Sequence record: SRR31156797_635
Length of the DNA: 44,121 nucleotides
Direction: 5' to 3' (one strand)
This document shows, piece by piece, positions 19,229-29,206 of the stretch. The notes under the pieces are model-generated. The model made no database searches, was not told the origin of the DNA, and saw nothing but the letters and a program-made list of their open reading frames with translations. The position numbers and the translations under genes are program-made. The number at the start of each line of letters is the position of its first letter. The stretch's first letter is position 1.

Positions 19229-22200
19229 ATGTACGACAAAATTAGGAAAAAATATCGATTCAACGCAAACAAAATTTCAAATGTTTGCAAAACATCTGTT
19301 GTTAATACCAGATGGAAGGTATTGATGGGGATATTTTTGAGTCTTTTTCTTGTTTTAATTTCTTTCCATTCCTATTCTCAATCAACACCAATTTCGCTAA
19401 GTTCAATGGGGAAAAGTACGACCATTGAAGCTTTTTTCCAAGAAATTGAAGCGCAGTCAAATTTATCATTTGTTTTTAATCCTGATAAGATAAAAGGTAT
19501 CGATGTAAGAATACCGGATAATGGAAATCTTTCTTTAGAAGAATTATTGAGTATAGTCCTAAGTCCAATAGGTTTTACTTTTACTTTATATCGTGATAAA
19601 ATCATAATTAAAGAATCTGGAACAAAAATTCCAATGACCAAGTTGAAAGCTTCAAATAAAATTGAAGCGAGCAAGATAATCAGGATGCAGAAAATTATGA
19701 TTGGACGTGTGCTTTGCAATGAAGATGGTTTGCCAATTGTTGGTGCATCGGTAAGGATAAAAAATAAACTTAGAGGTACAGCTAGTGATAAAGATGGATA
19801 TTATAATCTGAACTGTTTTGTTGGCGATACAATCGTTTTTTCCGCTATTGGTTTTAGCGAAGTGGAAATTATTGTTGGTCTTAAGATGATAGAAGACATT
19901 CGTTTAAGTACTGATGTGGTAAATCTTCGTGAAGTAAATGTTATTGGATATGGCGAAGAAACAAAAGAGGAACAAATTGGAGCTATGAGCTCAGTTACCA
20001 ATTCAATGACGGGAGAGGTTCCAAATGATTTGGATGAAACATTAGCAGGAACAGCTAGTGGCCTTTGGTTTCAGAAAAGTTCCGGTGTACCTGGTAGTGC
20101 TTCAACAATTGCAATAAGAGGTGTAACCTCCCTACAACCTGATGCCAATAGTCCTTTAATTGTTGTGGATGGTGTTCCATTGTTTAACACAGAGGAGGGG
20201 CTGAGCCAAATTACATTTCAATCTGGTTCAGGTGATCCTGCCTTCGGATTATTTGATAATTACGTTTACAACGATCTTAGAGAAAGTAGTTATTTTCAAA
20301 AGAATGGATTAAACATGGTGAATACGGAAGACATAGAATCCATAAGTGTACTGAAAGATGCGTATTCAACTTCAATATATGGCTCGAGGGGTGCTGCAGG
20401 AGTAATTCTAATAAATACCAAACAACCTCATAAATTTGGTTTAAAAGTTAGTTTATTGATGGAAGCAGGAGTTTCTGTTCCAGTAAACGAGCCAAATCTT
20501 ATGAGTGGGAAACAATATGCTAATTTTTACAGTAACTATTATAGCCAACTAAAAAATCAAGAAGTTATATTTCCTGCCAATACAAATACCAATTGGTACA
20601 ATAAGGTGGTGCGAAATGCGAACAGCAATAAACTTGCTCTATCAATTCAGAATAAAAAGCACAATGGTTTTTTATATTTTAGTTTTTCTCATTTAAATCA
20701 GGAAGCTTACATAGTAGGTGCCGATTTCAAACGATATACAGGAAGATTTAACTTTCAACAAAGTATCAATAATAGATTTAAAATTGGTTCTAATATATCC
20801 ATGACTTCGGAGAAGAACAATTCATTATTAGCCCCAAAAATTTATCGTGATGCTATTCTAAAAGCTCCAAATGTTGCAATATATAATAAGGAAGGAGATT
20901 TTAATTTTTCTACTTCTGCAAATCCTTATGGAAATTATTCTGAGAATCCATTGGCAATGGCTTTGAATGATAAAGGTGAGGTATTGGATAATTATATTAT
21001 TGCTAACGTATATACCGATTTACAATTAACAAATTGGTTGTTTTACCGATTGGATTTAGGAGTTAATTTTATAGATACAGATGCCATTTCATCTTATAGA
21101 AATAGCAATTCGAATGATGAAAGATTAACCCTTGAAACTGATGGATATTCTCGGAAATTTGTGATAACAAACACTCTTACCGGGAGCAAAGAGTTTGGGG
21201 ATCATGCTTTTAAGTTTGTGCTAGGACAAAGTTTCGAAGAATCAAGACAGAAAGAGGAGCAGCTGAATTATGAGAGCTCATATAAACTTACGAATAGAAA
21301 AGAATTTGATCTGGTTGATTACAAAACAGATAAGAGAAAATATGCACTAGCATCTTGGTTTGGGAGATTAAATTACAACTATAAGCAGAGATTATTTACT
21401 GGATTAAGTTATCGAGTTGATGGTTCTTCTCGTTTTAGCGATGATAATAGGTATCAAATATTTCCAGCATTTTCATTGGGTTGGCTTGCTATAAAGAACG
21501 CGAACGAAAGGATTTTAAACAATTTGAAGCTTAGAGCAAGTTTTGGATATTCTGGTGTAGAACAATCAACTTATACCTATGGAGCTTTGCGTACCTATGA
21601 AACACAAGAATATAATTTAACTTATGGGAACAAGAATATTTTAACCGAAGCAAATGGTACAAACCTTGATTTGTCATGGGAAAAAACGAAGAATTTTGAT
21701 GTGGGTGTTGACATTAGCTTATTGAAAAATTCGGTGAACCTTTCCCTTGATTACTATTCGAAGAAGGTAAATAATTTGTTGTTATTCACTGATGTTCCTG
21801 CTGTTTCGGGTTATTCAAAGCAATGGGTTAATGTGGGATCCATGAAGAATACAGGAATTGAAATGACTCTTGATTCCCGAATTGTAAATGATGAATTTAA
21901 ATGGGATTTGTTTTTAACAGCAGCTTACAATAGAAATGAAGTGTTGGAGATAAATCAAATTGGTTACGAAGTATGGGAAGCTGATCAAGCCTACAAGTAT
22001 TTCGAAGAAGGGAAGGAAGCAGCTCAATTTTTCTTGTTTGATTGGAAAGGAGTGAATCCTGCAAATGGAAATCCACTTTGGCGTTATGCCGATGGAAGTA
22101 TTAGAGAAACCCCTCCTACAAATTTGGAAGATAGAAAAGCTTATGGTTCTGGAATACCTAAGTATTCGGGTGGAATAAGTAATGTATTTTCATTTAAAGG

Positions 22201-22678
22201 TATCGAGTTGAGTGCATTTTTCACTTTTGTGAAAGGCAAAAAATTGATGAATGGGACATCGGCTATTTTAAATACTTACACTACTACCGATGTGAATAAT
22301 TTATCCAAAGATGTTGCAAATTACTGGAAACGTGAAGGAGAAGTGAACAGCCATCCGGCATTGTTTAATAGTTCCATTACCAGCCAGAGCAATTATACCA
22401 CCAGTCGAACAAGTACAAGGTTTTATGAGGACGCATCCTTTATAAGACTTAAAAGACTTGTGTTGGCTTATCATTTTCCGATAAAACTAGTGAAGAGTCT
22501 TAAGCTTGAGAGAATCAAATTGTACGCTCAGGCAACAAATTTGTTCACGATCACAAGCTATTCAGGTTTAGATCCTGAGGTAAGTGCTTTTGGTGTTTCA
22601 TCGCTCTTATCAGGATATGATGAGATAACAATGCCCCAGGCAAAAACATTTAGCGTGGGTTTAAGAATTGGTTTTTAA
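19229..22678 (+). CDS. SusC/RagA-family TonB-dependent receptor with N-terminal STN signalling domain (SusC-1). Start ATG 19229 preferred; the ORF is open from TTG 19178.
   Basis: Long signal peptide, STN-like domain (FFQEIEAQSNLSFVF), carboxypeptidase-regulatory-like domain, PLIVVDGVP, DIESISVLKDA...IYGSRGAAGVILINTK, RVDGSSRF, LSWEKT and terminal F. Confidence 0.92.
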   Translation: MYDKIRKKYRFNANKISNVCKTSVVNTRWKVLMGIFLSLFLVLISFHSYSQSTPISLSSMGKSTTIEAFFQEIEAQSNLSFVFNPDKIKGIDVRIPDNGNLSLEELLSIVLSPIGFTFTLYRDKIIIKESGTKIPMTKLKASNKIEASKIIRMQKIMIGRVLCNEDGLPIVGASVRIKNKLRGTASDKDGYYNLNCFVGDTIVFSAIGFSEVEIIVGLKMIEDIRLSTDVVNLREVNVIGYGEETKEEQIGAMSSVTNSMTGEVPNDLDETLAGTASGLWFQKSSGVPGSASTIAIRGVTSLQPDANSPLIVVDGVPLFNTEEGLSQITFQSGSGDPAFGLFDNYVYNDLRESSYFQKNGLNMVNTEDIESISVLKDAYSTSIYGSRGAAGVILINTKQPHKFGLKVSLLMEAGVSVPVNEPNLMSGKQYANFYSNYYSQLKNQEVIFPANTNTNWYNKVVRNANSNKLALSIQNKKHNGFLYFSFSHLNQEAYIVGADFKRYTGRFNFQQSINNRFKIGSNISMTSEKNNSLLAPKIYRDAILKAPNVAIYNKEGDFNFSTSANPYGNYSENPLAMALNDKGEVLDNYIIANVYTDLQLTNWLFYRLDLGVNFIDTDAISSYRNSNSNDERLTLETDGYSRKFVITNTLTGSKEFGDHAFKFVLGQSFEESRQKEEQLNYESSYKLTNRKEFDLVDYKTDKRKYALASWFGRLNYNYKQRLFTGLSYRVDGSSRFSDDNRYQIFPAFSLGWLAIKNANERILNNLKLRASFGYSGVEQSTYTYGALRTYETQEYNLTYGNKNILTEANGTNLDLSWEKTKNFDVGVDISLLKNSVNLSLDYYSKKVNNLLLFTDVPAVSGYSKQWVNVGSMKNTGIEMTLDSRIVNDEFKWDLFLTAAYNRNEVLEINQIGYEVWEADQAYKYFEEGKEAAQFFLFDWKGVNPANGNPLWRYADGSIRETPPTNLEDRKAYGSGIPKYSGGISNVFSFKGIELSAFFTFVKGKKLMNGTSAILNTYTTTDVNNLSKDVANYWKREGEVNSHPALFNSSITSQSNYTTSRTSTRFYEDASFIRLKRLVLAYHFPIKLVKSLKLERIKLYAQATNLFTITSYSGLDPEVSAFGVSSLLSGYDEITMPQAKTFSVGLRIGF

Positions 22679-23000
22679 AAAGAAATTGTCAAGTAAATTA
22701 ATTAAAAAAAATGTAGTAAATGAAGATGTTACTGTGTCTGGCAGGGCAGAGTAATCCTTTCATTAATTAGTTACAAAACAATGGTCTGAATTTAAAATAA
22801 TATCAATCAAAAGATTGGTAATAGGGGAAGAAATATGCCTCTTAAATTCGGGTGATGGATCACTATTTAAGTGATAATTAGAAGTGTATGTTGTGGTTGG
22901 TTTGTTTGGTCAGGGAATAGGATCTATTGTTTGATAAAAATGAGCCAATCAAAAAACATGTTTTGAATTAACTCAATTAATAACCTAAAATTAAAATTTT

Positions 23001-24422
23001 ATGAAAGTTTTTAGAAACTCTTGGAGTGCAGCATTGCTAATGTTTGCCATTGTATTTAGTGGCGTACTAAGTTCATGTAGCGATGATGAAAAATTAAGTG
23101 ATTTAACAGGACTATTAAGCTTTGGATTTACCGACGAAGCTCTTACTGGTTATGAATTCACCATTGGTGGAGATAATGTTATAACAAATGAGATTGCTCT
23201 TCCTTATGGATTTGATGCATCTTCTTTAACACCTGTATTTTCATCTGTACCACAATCAACAGTATTAATAGGTGATGTTGAACAAGTAAGTGGATCAACA
23301 GCTATGGATTTCTCAAATGAAGTAGTTTATAAAGTTGTGGCTGAAAATGGGTCAAATCAGGTTAGTTATACAGTAAAGGTTAATGTTGCAACCGATATTA
23401 CTGCTTGGTCGAACTTATCTCCTGATGCTAACTTCCCAGATTATACGTCGGTTGTTGGATATGCAATTGATGGAAAGTATTTTATTATGGGAGGTAAAAA
23501 AGGAGCTTCCGGCATTGGAGGTCATACTTATGGTATCTTTTCTTCAACCGATGGATCGAATTTTTCTGAAGTAAATACCAATATTTTCAAAGAGTATGGT
23601 ATGGGATTAGGAGCTGCTGCAGTTAAACATGGTGACAAGCAATTGTTGTTAGGTGGTTATACTCCTTCTGACTATGAAGTTTGGGGAGAAACGGGTAATG
23701 GAGCTGGTAATAATACAGTTTGGTCATCTGAAGATGGTGAAACCTGGACTAAGGTGAACGAAGGTGCCGCTGCAGAGCAAATATTCACTGTACGAGGAAA
23801 TGCTTCTGTGGTTAATATGAATGGTGATTTATATTTAACTGGTGGATATTCTGTTGCTTATGGTGCACTACAGCAACCAATTGCTGATGCATGGAAATCG
23901 ACTGATGGAGGTGCAACCTGGACCAATCTTGAAGCTGACTTTGGTGCTGAATTTACACCTAGAGCAGATGGTAAGCTAATTGTTTACAAGGACGAGCTTT
24001 ATTTAATTGGTGGTAGAACAGGATTTCCATACACTTATTTCAATGAGATTTACAAATCAGCTGATGGTGTAACATGGACAAAGTTAGATGTAACGACCCC
24101 ATTCTCTGAACGTGCAGGTTTCTCTTGTTTTGTTTATAACGATAGAATTTTTGTTGTAGCGGGACTAAGTAACGAAGAGGTAACTGAAGGGGAAACAACT
24201 ACTACAGTAGATGTTCTTTACAATGATATGTGGGTTTCTGAAGATGGTGGTCTTTCATGGAATGAAATGTCAAATGGAGCTTTACCTGCAGGTTTTGCTA
24301 AGAGATACGGACAGGCAATAACTGTTGAGAATAATATGGTTCACATTTTTGGAGGTAATGGAGTTGATGCTGATAATAACGCAAAAGCATTAACTGATTC
24401 TTGGAAAGGTGTTCTAAATTAA
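23001..24422 (+). CDS. Lipoprotein with N-terminal Ig-like domain and C-terminal Kelch/Asp-box beta-propeller (DUF6242-like), probably surface exposed
   Basis: Lipobox LSSC followed by acidic SDDE. DFSNEVVYKVVAENG is Ig-like. Repeats SSTDG, WSSEDGETWT, WKSTDGGATWT, YKSADGVTWT and WVSEDGGLSW alternate with hydrophobic-GG motifs. Confidence 0.75.
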   Translation: MKVFRNSWSAALLMFAIVFSGVLSSCSDDEKLSDLTGLLSFGFTDEALTGYEFTIGGDNVITNEIALPYGFDASSLTPVFSSVPQSTVLIGDVEQVSGSTAMDFSNEVVYKVVAENGSNQVSYTVKVNVATDITAWSNLSPDANFPDYTSVVGYAIDGKYFIMGGKKGASGIGGHTYGIFSSTDGSNFSEVNTNIFKEYGMGLGAAAVKHGDKQLLLGGYTPSDYEVWGETGNGAGNNTVWSSEDGETWTKVNEGAAAEQIFTVRGNASVVNMNGDLYLTGGYSVAYGALQQPIADAWKSTDGGATWTNLEADFGAEFTPRADGKLIVYKDELYLIGGRTGFPYTYFNEIYKSADGVTWTKLDVTTPFSERAGFSCFVYNDRIFVVAGLSNEEVTEGETTTTVDVLYNDMWVSEDGGLSWNEMSNGALPAGFAKRYGQAITVENNMVHIFGGNGVDADNNAKALTDSWKGVLN

Positions 24423-24430
24423 AATAGAAC

Positions 24431-24457
24431 GAGAGTCTCAACTTGGTTGAGACTCTC
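24431..24457 (+). other. Perfect stem-loop without U tract after the lipoprotein gene (probable mRNA stability element)
   Basis: GAGAGTCTCAAC-TTG-GTTGAGACTCTC. Confidence 0.6.
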
Positions 24458-24590
24458 ATCTAAAATTCATCGGAGCATGTCTGGTTATTGGCAGATAATT
24501 GGAAAATTACATAAAGATGAATATTTAAATTATTCGAGTTAAACCCGATAAATATTAACGGTAATACTCATTTGACATGTAGTAAAATTC

Positions 24591-27500
24591 ATGAATATGA
24601 ACAAGATATTAGTCAGGTTCTTGTCGTTTATAGTTTTGATGTTAAGCATTAGTAGTGTGCAGGCTCAAACCTATAAACAACAAGAATTAAAGACAAAACA
24701 TATAACAGGAACTGTTTTGTGCAGTTCAGATCAAACCCCAATTGTTGGGGCAACCGTAATTGTGAAAGGAACCACAAATGGTGCTGCCGTTGATTTTAAC
24801 GGTAAGTTCACGATTCATGCCAATCAAGGTGACATATTGCTTATTTCATCCATTGGTTTTACTTCAAAGGAAATTAAGGTTACAGAAGAAAATCATTATC
24901 ACGTTACATTGGATACCGATAATGTATCCTTATCTGAAATAGCTGTAATTGGTTACGGAGTTCAGGAACGTCGAGACCTCACTGGAGCGGTAACTTCAAT
25001 TAATGTGGAAGCTCTGGAACAACCTGCTTTGAGTATTGATAATGCATTGGCTGGACAAGTTGCCGGGGTGCAAATCAATTCGAGTAGTGGAACACCAGGA
25101 AGTGCTACGGCAATTACAATCCGAGGAATTACTTCTTTGGCTGCAGATAACAACCCTCTTTTTATTATTGATGGTGTTCCTGTTTATGGTGCTGGAGGAT
25201 TTTCAAAAACTTCTTTTGCAGAAGGATCAGTTCCGGCTGTTGCCATTGGAGGTAATAGTGCTTCTGGTCAAATTGGAGCAAATTCTGAGTTTGAAAGAAA
25301 CCCACTGTCCAACCTAAACATGGATGATATTGAATCCATTGAAATTTTAAAGGATGCATACGCGACGGCAATATATGGCTCGCGAGGTGCAGCAGGTGTA
25401 ATTTTAATTACAACTAAGAAAGGAAAAAAAGGACAACCAAAAGTCAATCTAAACATTTCAACTTTAGTAGCAGAACCTGTTGGCGTACCGGATGTTTTAA
25501 ATGGAGATGAGTATGTAGATTTTTACAATAGTTTCGAAGCTGGATTAAATAAGCCAAAAGGAATTAATACAGATTGGTTTGATAAGGCAACCAGAACTGC
25601 TATTACCAATAATGTATCTGCAACCGTTTCTGCTGGAACAGATAAAAGTACCTATTTTTTATCTTTATCCTACTTGGATATGGACTCTTACATTATCAAT
25701 AATGATTTTAAGAGGTATACGGCAAGGATAAACTACGAATATAAATCAAGCGAAAAATTTAGATTTGGAAATAATTTCACCTTTTCTTATACAGATAATA
25801 ATTCTCTAAACTCAGCTCAGGTATATCGAAATTCTATTATTGCAGATCCAAGTATTTCTGTGAAAGATGATGAGGGGAACTATAACTTTGTAGAGAACAA
25901 GCAAAATGATCGTTTCAATCCAATTGCAAAAGCCAAAGAGGACATCAATTATGTTAGAGATCGCAGGTTGATAGGTAACTTGTATGCAGAATACAAAGCT
26001 TTGCCATGGTTAACCTTGCGCTCAGAATTCGGTATCGATATGATGGTGTCTAAGGCTTATAATAGAAATATGGCTTATGAGCAGATTGATAAAGAAGGTG
26101 ATGCCAATCAAACCAATGTGCAAAATATGAAATATGTGTTTAATAATACTGCTTCAATTTATAAGGAGTTTGGTGAACATGTTTTCAATGGTGTTATTGG
26201 TCAGAGTTTTGAAACATCCGATGAAGATTTTACAAGAATAGGAGGAACTGGTTTTCCTACCAATGATGTATTAAGTATTAGTCAGGCTGATAATGCAAGA
26301 GTATACGATGCAGTACGAAAAGAATGGGCAATGATGTCCTTTTTTGCAAGAATGAATTATCGTTGGTTGGATAAATATATGGCTGGAATTACCTATCGTG
26401 TCGATGGTTCATCTCGTTTTAACAAAAATGAAAGATACGTAGGATTTCCTTCTTTCTCTTTAGGATGGAGATTTTCCAAAGAACAATTTCTAGAAGCGTA
26501 CACATGGTTAACCGAGGCAAAATTAAGAGCAAGTCTCGGATACAGTGGTATTTCAGGATCAGGTGGATACTATGGTCATCAAGGTCAGTATGTGTTGAAG
26601 CAATATGCATCTAAGTATGGTACAACGAATATTTTAGAGGTTGATCAGCCAAGTAATCCTGATTTGAAATGGGAACGAACCAAAACTTTTGATTTAGGGT
26701 TGGATGTAACTCTATTTGGTGATAAAGTACAATTCACTTTCGATTATTATAACAAGAAGAGTGTTGATATGTTAATTCAGTCTGCAGTACCATTGTATTC
26801 TGGGTATTCAGGTCAGCAACAAAACTTGGTAGATATGACCAATAAAGGAATTGAATTCTCCTTGAGTACCTTGAATATAAACAAGGAATTTAAGTGGAGT
26901 ACGAATTTAAATATTGCAAAAAATACAAATGAGGTAACCAATTTGAATTTAGATGGTTCATATAAACCAGGAGGTGCGGAAACAGGATATGCCTTTTATC
27001 AGGTAGGCGAATCTGCTACTGCTTGGTTTTTATACGATTGGCATTCGGTAGATCCTTTAACGGGTAATCCTTTATGGAAATATGCCGACGGAACCATTTC
27101 CAATACACCACCAGCTTCAGTTGAGGGTAATGCTACAACTGATAATAAAATGGTTATGGGAGATCGTTTGCCGGAATTCACAGGGGGTATTACTAATGTT
27201 TTTTCCTATAAGAATTTTGAGCTAAACACAATGTTTGCTTTTTCTTATGGAGGAAAAATAATGAATGGGACAAGAGCTGAGCTGTTAACTTATACAGATC
27301 AAAGATACCGTAATTTGAGTCGCGATATTTTAGATGAGTGGATTATTGCAGGTCATAAAACTGATATTCCTAAGAAAAATAATACCTCAATCATCAAATC
27401 AGGATATGGTGGTGGTTATACCGATTATACTGTTAGTAGGGAATCAGATCGCTTCCTGGAAGACGGGTCATTTATTAGATTGAAGAATATTTCGCTAACT

Positions 27501-27710
27501 TACCGCTTTAACCCAGAGCAAATCAGAAAGTTTGGTTTAAGAAGCTTAGCCTTATACTTAAAAGGATCTAATTTAATTACTTGGACAAATTATAGTGGTC
27601 CCGATCCTGAAGTTAGTGCATTCGGATCTTCTGCTACATACGCTGGAAACGATGAGTTAACGATTCCACAGCAGAAATCAATTCAGATAGGAGTTAAAAT
27701 TGGGCTTTAA
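24591..27710 (+). CDS. SusC/RagA-family TonB-dependent transporter without STN domain (SusC-2)
   Basis: Signal peptide, EIAVIGYG, PLFIIDGVP, DIESIEILKDA...IYGSRGAAGVILITTK, RVDGSSRF, NPDLKWERT and EDGSFIRLKN. Confidence 0.95.
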   Translation: MNMNKILVRFLSFIVLMLSISSVQAQTYKQQELKTKHITGTVLCSSDQTPIVGATVIVKGTTNGAAVDFNGKFTIHANQGDILLISSIGFTSKEIKVTEENHYHVTLDTDNVSLSEIAVIGYGVQERRDLTGAVTSINVEALEQPALSIDNALAGQVAGVQINSSSGTPGSATAITIRGITSLAADNNPLFIIDGVPVYGAGGFSKTSFAEGSVPAVAIGGNSASGQIGANSEFERNPLSNLNMDDIESIEILKDAYATAIYGSRGAAGVILITTKKGKKGQPKVNLNISTLVAEPVGVPDVLNGDEYVDFYNSFEAGLNKPKGINTDWFDKATRTAITNNVSATVSAGTDKSTYFLSLSYLDMDSYIINNDFKRYTARINYEYKSSEKFRFGNNFTFSYTDNNSLNSAQVYRNSIIADPSISVKDDEGNYNFVENKQNDRFNPIAKAKEDINYVRDRRLIGNLYAEYKALPWLTLRSEFGIDMMVSKAYNRNMAYEQIDKEGDANQTNVQNMKYVFNNTASIYKEFGEHVFNGVIGQSFETSDEDFTRIGGTGFPTNDVLSISQADNARVYDAVRKEWAMMSFFARMNYRWLDKYMAGITYRVDGSSRFNKNERYVGFPSFSLGWRFSKEQFLEAYTWLTEAKLRASLGYSGISGSGGYYGHQGQYVLKQYASKYGTTNILEVDQPSNPDLKWERTKTFDLGLDVTLFGDKVQFTFDYYNKKSVDMLIQSAVPLYSGYSGQQQNLVDMTNKGIEFSLSTLNINKEFKWSTNLNIAKNTNEVTNLNLDGSYKPGGAETGYAFYQVGESATAWFLYDWHSVDPLTGNPLWKYADGTISNTPPASVEGNATTDNKMVMGDRLPEFTGGITNVFSYKNFELNTMFAFSYGGKIMNGTRAELLTYTDQRYRNLSRDILDEWIIAGHKTDIPKKNNTSIIKSGYGGGYTDYTVSRESDRFLEDGSFIRLKNISLTYRFNPEQIRKFGLRSLALYLKGSNLITWTNYSGPDPEVSAFGSSATYAGNDELTIPQQKSIQIGVKIGL

Positions 27711-27712
27711 AA

Positions 27713-29149
27713 ATGGAACAAATGAAAGAGAGAAAACACAATAGATACGTATTGATACTTGTAGCTTTTATTTGCATACTTTCGGCTTGTGATAAGCAAT
27801 TGGATTTGGCACCTGAAGATACAACAGTTGAAACAGAAGTGTTTCAATCTGAGAGTTCTGCTGAATCTGCTTTAATGGATGTTTATAACAAAACTTACGA
27901 AGCAAATAACAGTACAGCATATACATTTGGTGATTTTACAACAGATTTGTTAGTGACAACAAATTCGTACTTTAATCTTATAAATTCAGGAGATATTCCT
28001 ACAGACGATACTTATTTTGTAGCTGGTACCTGGGAGAATACTTATGCTACAATAAATGTAGCGAATGTAATTATAGAATCTGCTCCTAAATTGGGAACTT
28101 ATAGAGAGGAAGCTATAAAGCAACACGTTGCTGAAGCTAAGTTTTTAAGAGCTTACAATTATTTAGTGCTTCAAAAACTATATGGTGATGGAGCATTAAC
28201 TGGAAAGATGAGTGGTTTGGGTTTGCCATTGCAATTGGAGCCTTATGAAGGAACTAAATACAATGCAGCTAATGCTTTAACTCGTTCTACGGTTCAGGAA
28301 ACCTACAATCAGATCATTAAAGATTTGACTGAAGCTCTTCCTGATTTATTAGAGGCTTATGAAGATGATTTGGAGACTCGTGCACGTGCGACAAAAGGAA
28401 GTGTTCATGCCTTGCTTTCCAGAGTGTATTTATACATGGGAGATTTTGATCAAGCTGCTAGTGAAGCCGCATTTTTAATAGGAAATGGAAATTATCATTT
28501 AAATAGTGATTTGAAAGCTGTATTTCCAACGAGTAGTGGTTACGATGTTCCTTTGGATAGAGAATATATTTATGCGATTCCATTGACCTACAATAATGGT
28601 GATCATCAGTTTGGAACTCATTTTTATTCCTATTACCATAAATCTTCTCAATACGTAGCAGACGATTTTATTTCCAAATATACGGATACAGATCAACGAA
28701 AAACCAAGTTACTTTGGAAAGCATATACCGAAGGTTATAACCCTTCTAAGTTGACTACGGCAAAATTTAATAACAGCCAAGGTAGAGATAACATTCCAAT
28801 GATTCGTTTGTCGGAAATGTATCTGACAAAAGCTGAAGCTTTGGCTCATACATCAGGAGTGAATCAGGAATCGGTTGATTTACTAAATGCGATTGCAAGC
28901 AGGGCTGATGCTGGTTTTACGAACTATACAACTTCTGATTTTGCAAATGCCAACGATTTAATTGATCGAATTTTGCTGGAAAGAGAACTGGAATTGTGCT
29001 TTGAAGGACTTCATCGTTATGATTTGATTCGTACGGGAAGAAAATTGAAGTATAAAGAACTTCCTGAAAACAAATATGTGCTTCCAATTCCAAAAAGCGA
29101 GATTGAAATTACCAAAGGAAGCTTGGTGCAAAATCCAGGATATTTATAG
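27713..29149 (+). CDS. SusD/RagB-family outer-membrane lipoprotein
   Basis: Lipobox LSAC, AEAKFLRAYNY, ALLSRVYLY, IRLSEMYLTKAEA, ERELELCFEGLHRYDLIR and terminal QNPGY; starts 2 nt after the SusC-2 stop. Confidence 0.95.
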   Translation: MEQMKERKHNRYVLILVAFICILSACDKQLDLAPEDTTVETEVFQSESSAESALMDVYNKTYEANNSTAYTFGDFTTDLLVTTNSYFNLINSGDIPTDDTYFVAGTWENTYATINVANVIIESAPKLGTYREEAIKQHVAEAKFLRAYNYLVLQKLYGDGALTGKMSGLGLPLQLEPYEGTKYNAANALTRSTVQETYNQIIKDLTEALPDLLEAYEDDLETRARATKGSVHALLSRVYLYMGDFDQAASEAAFLIGNGNYHLNSDLKAVFPTSSGYDVPLDREYIYAIPLTYNNGDHQFGTHFYSYYHKSSQYVADDFISKYTDTDQRKTKLLWKAYTEGYNPSKLTTAKFNNSQGRDNIPMIRLSEMYLTKAEALAHTSGVNQESVDLLNAIASRADAGFTNYTTSDFANANDLIDRILLERELELCFEGLHRYDLIRTGRKLKYKELPENKYVLPIPKSEIEITKGSLVQNPGYL

Positions 29150-29206
29150 AAGAATCTCTTTAACAGATCTGATTCTAATTTAATTCAAACTTTTATACTC
29201 AAGTTT

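Noticed and set aside
23500-24300. Asp-box repeats suggesting a GH33 sialidase
   Set aside because: No RIP motif or other recognisable sialidase catalytic signature. Asp-boxes are structural and occur in many propellers.
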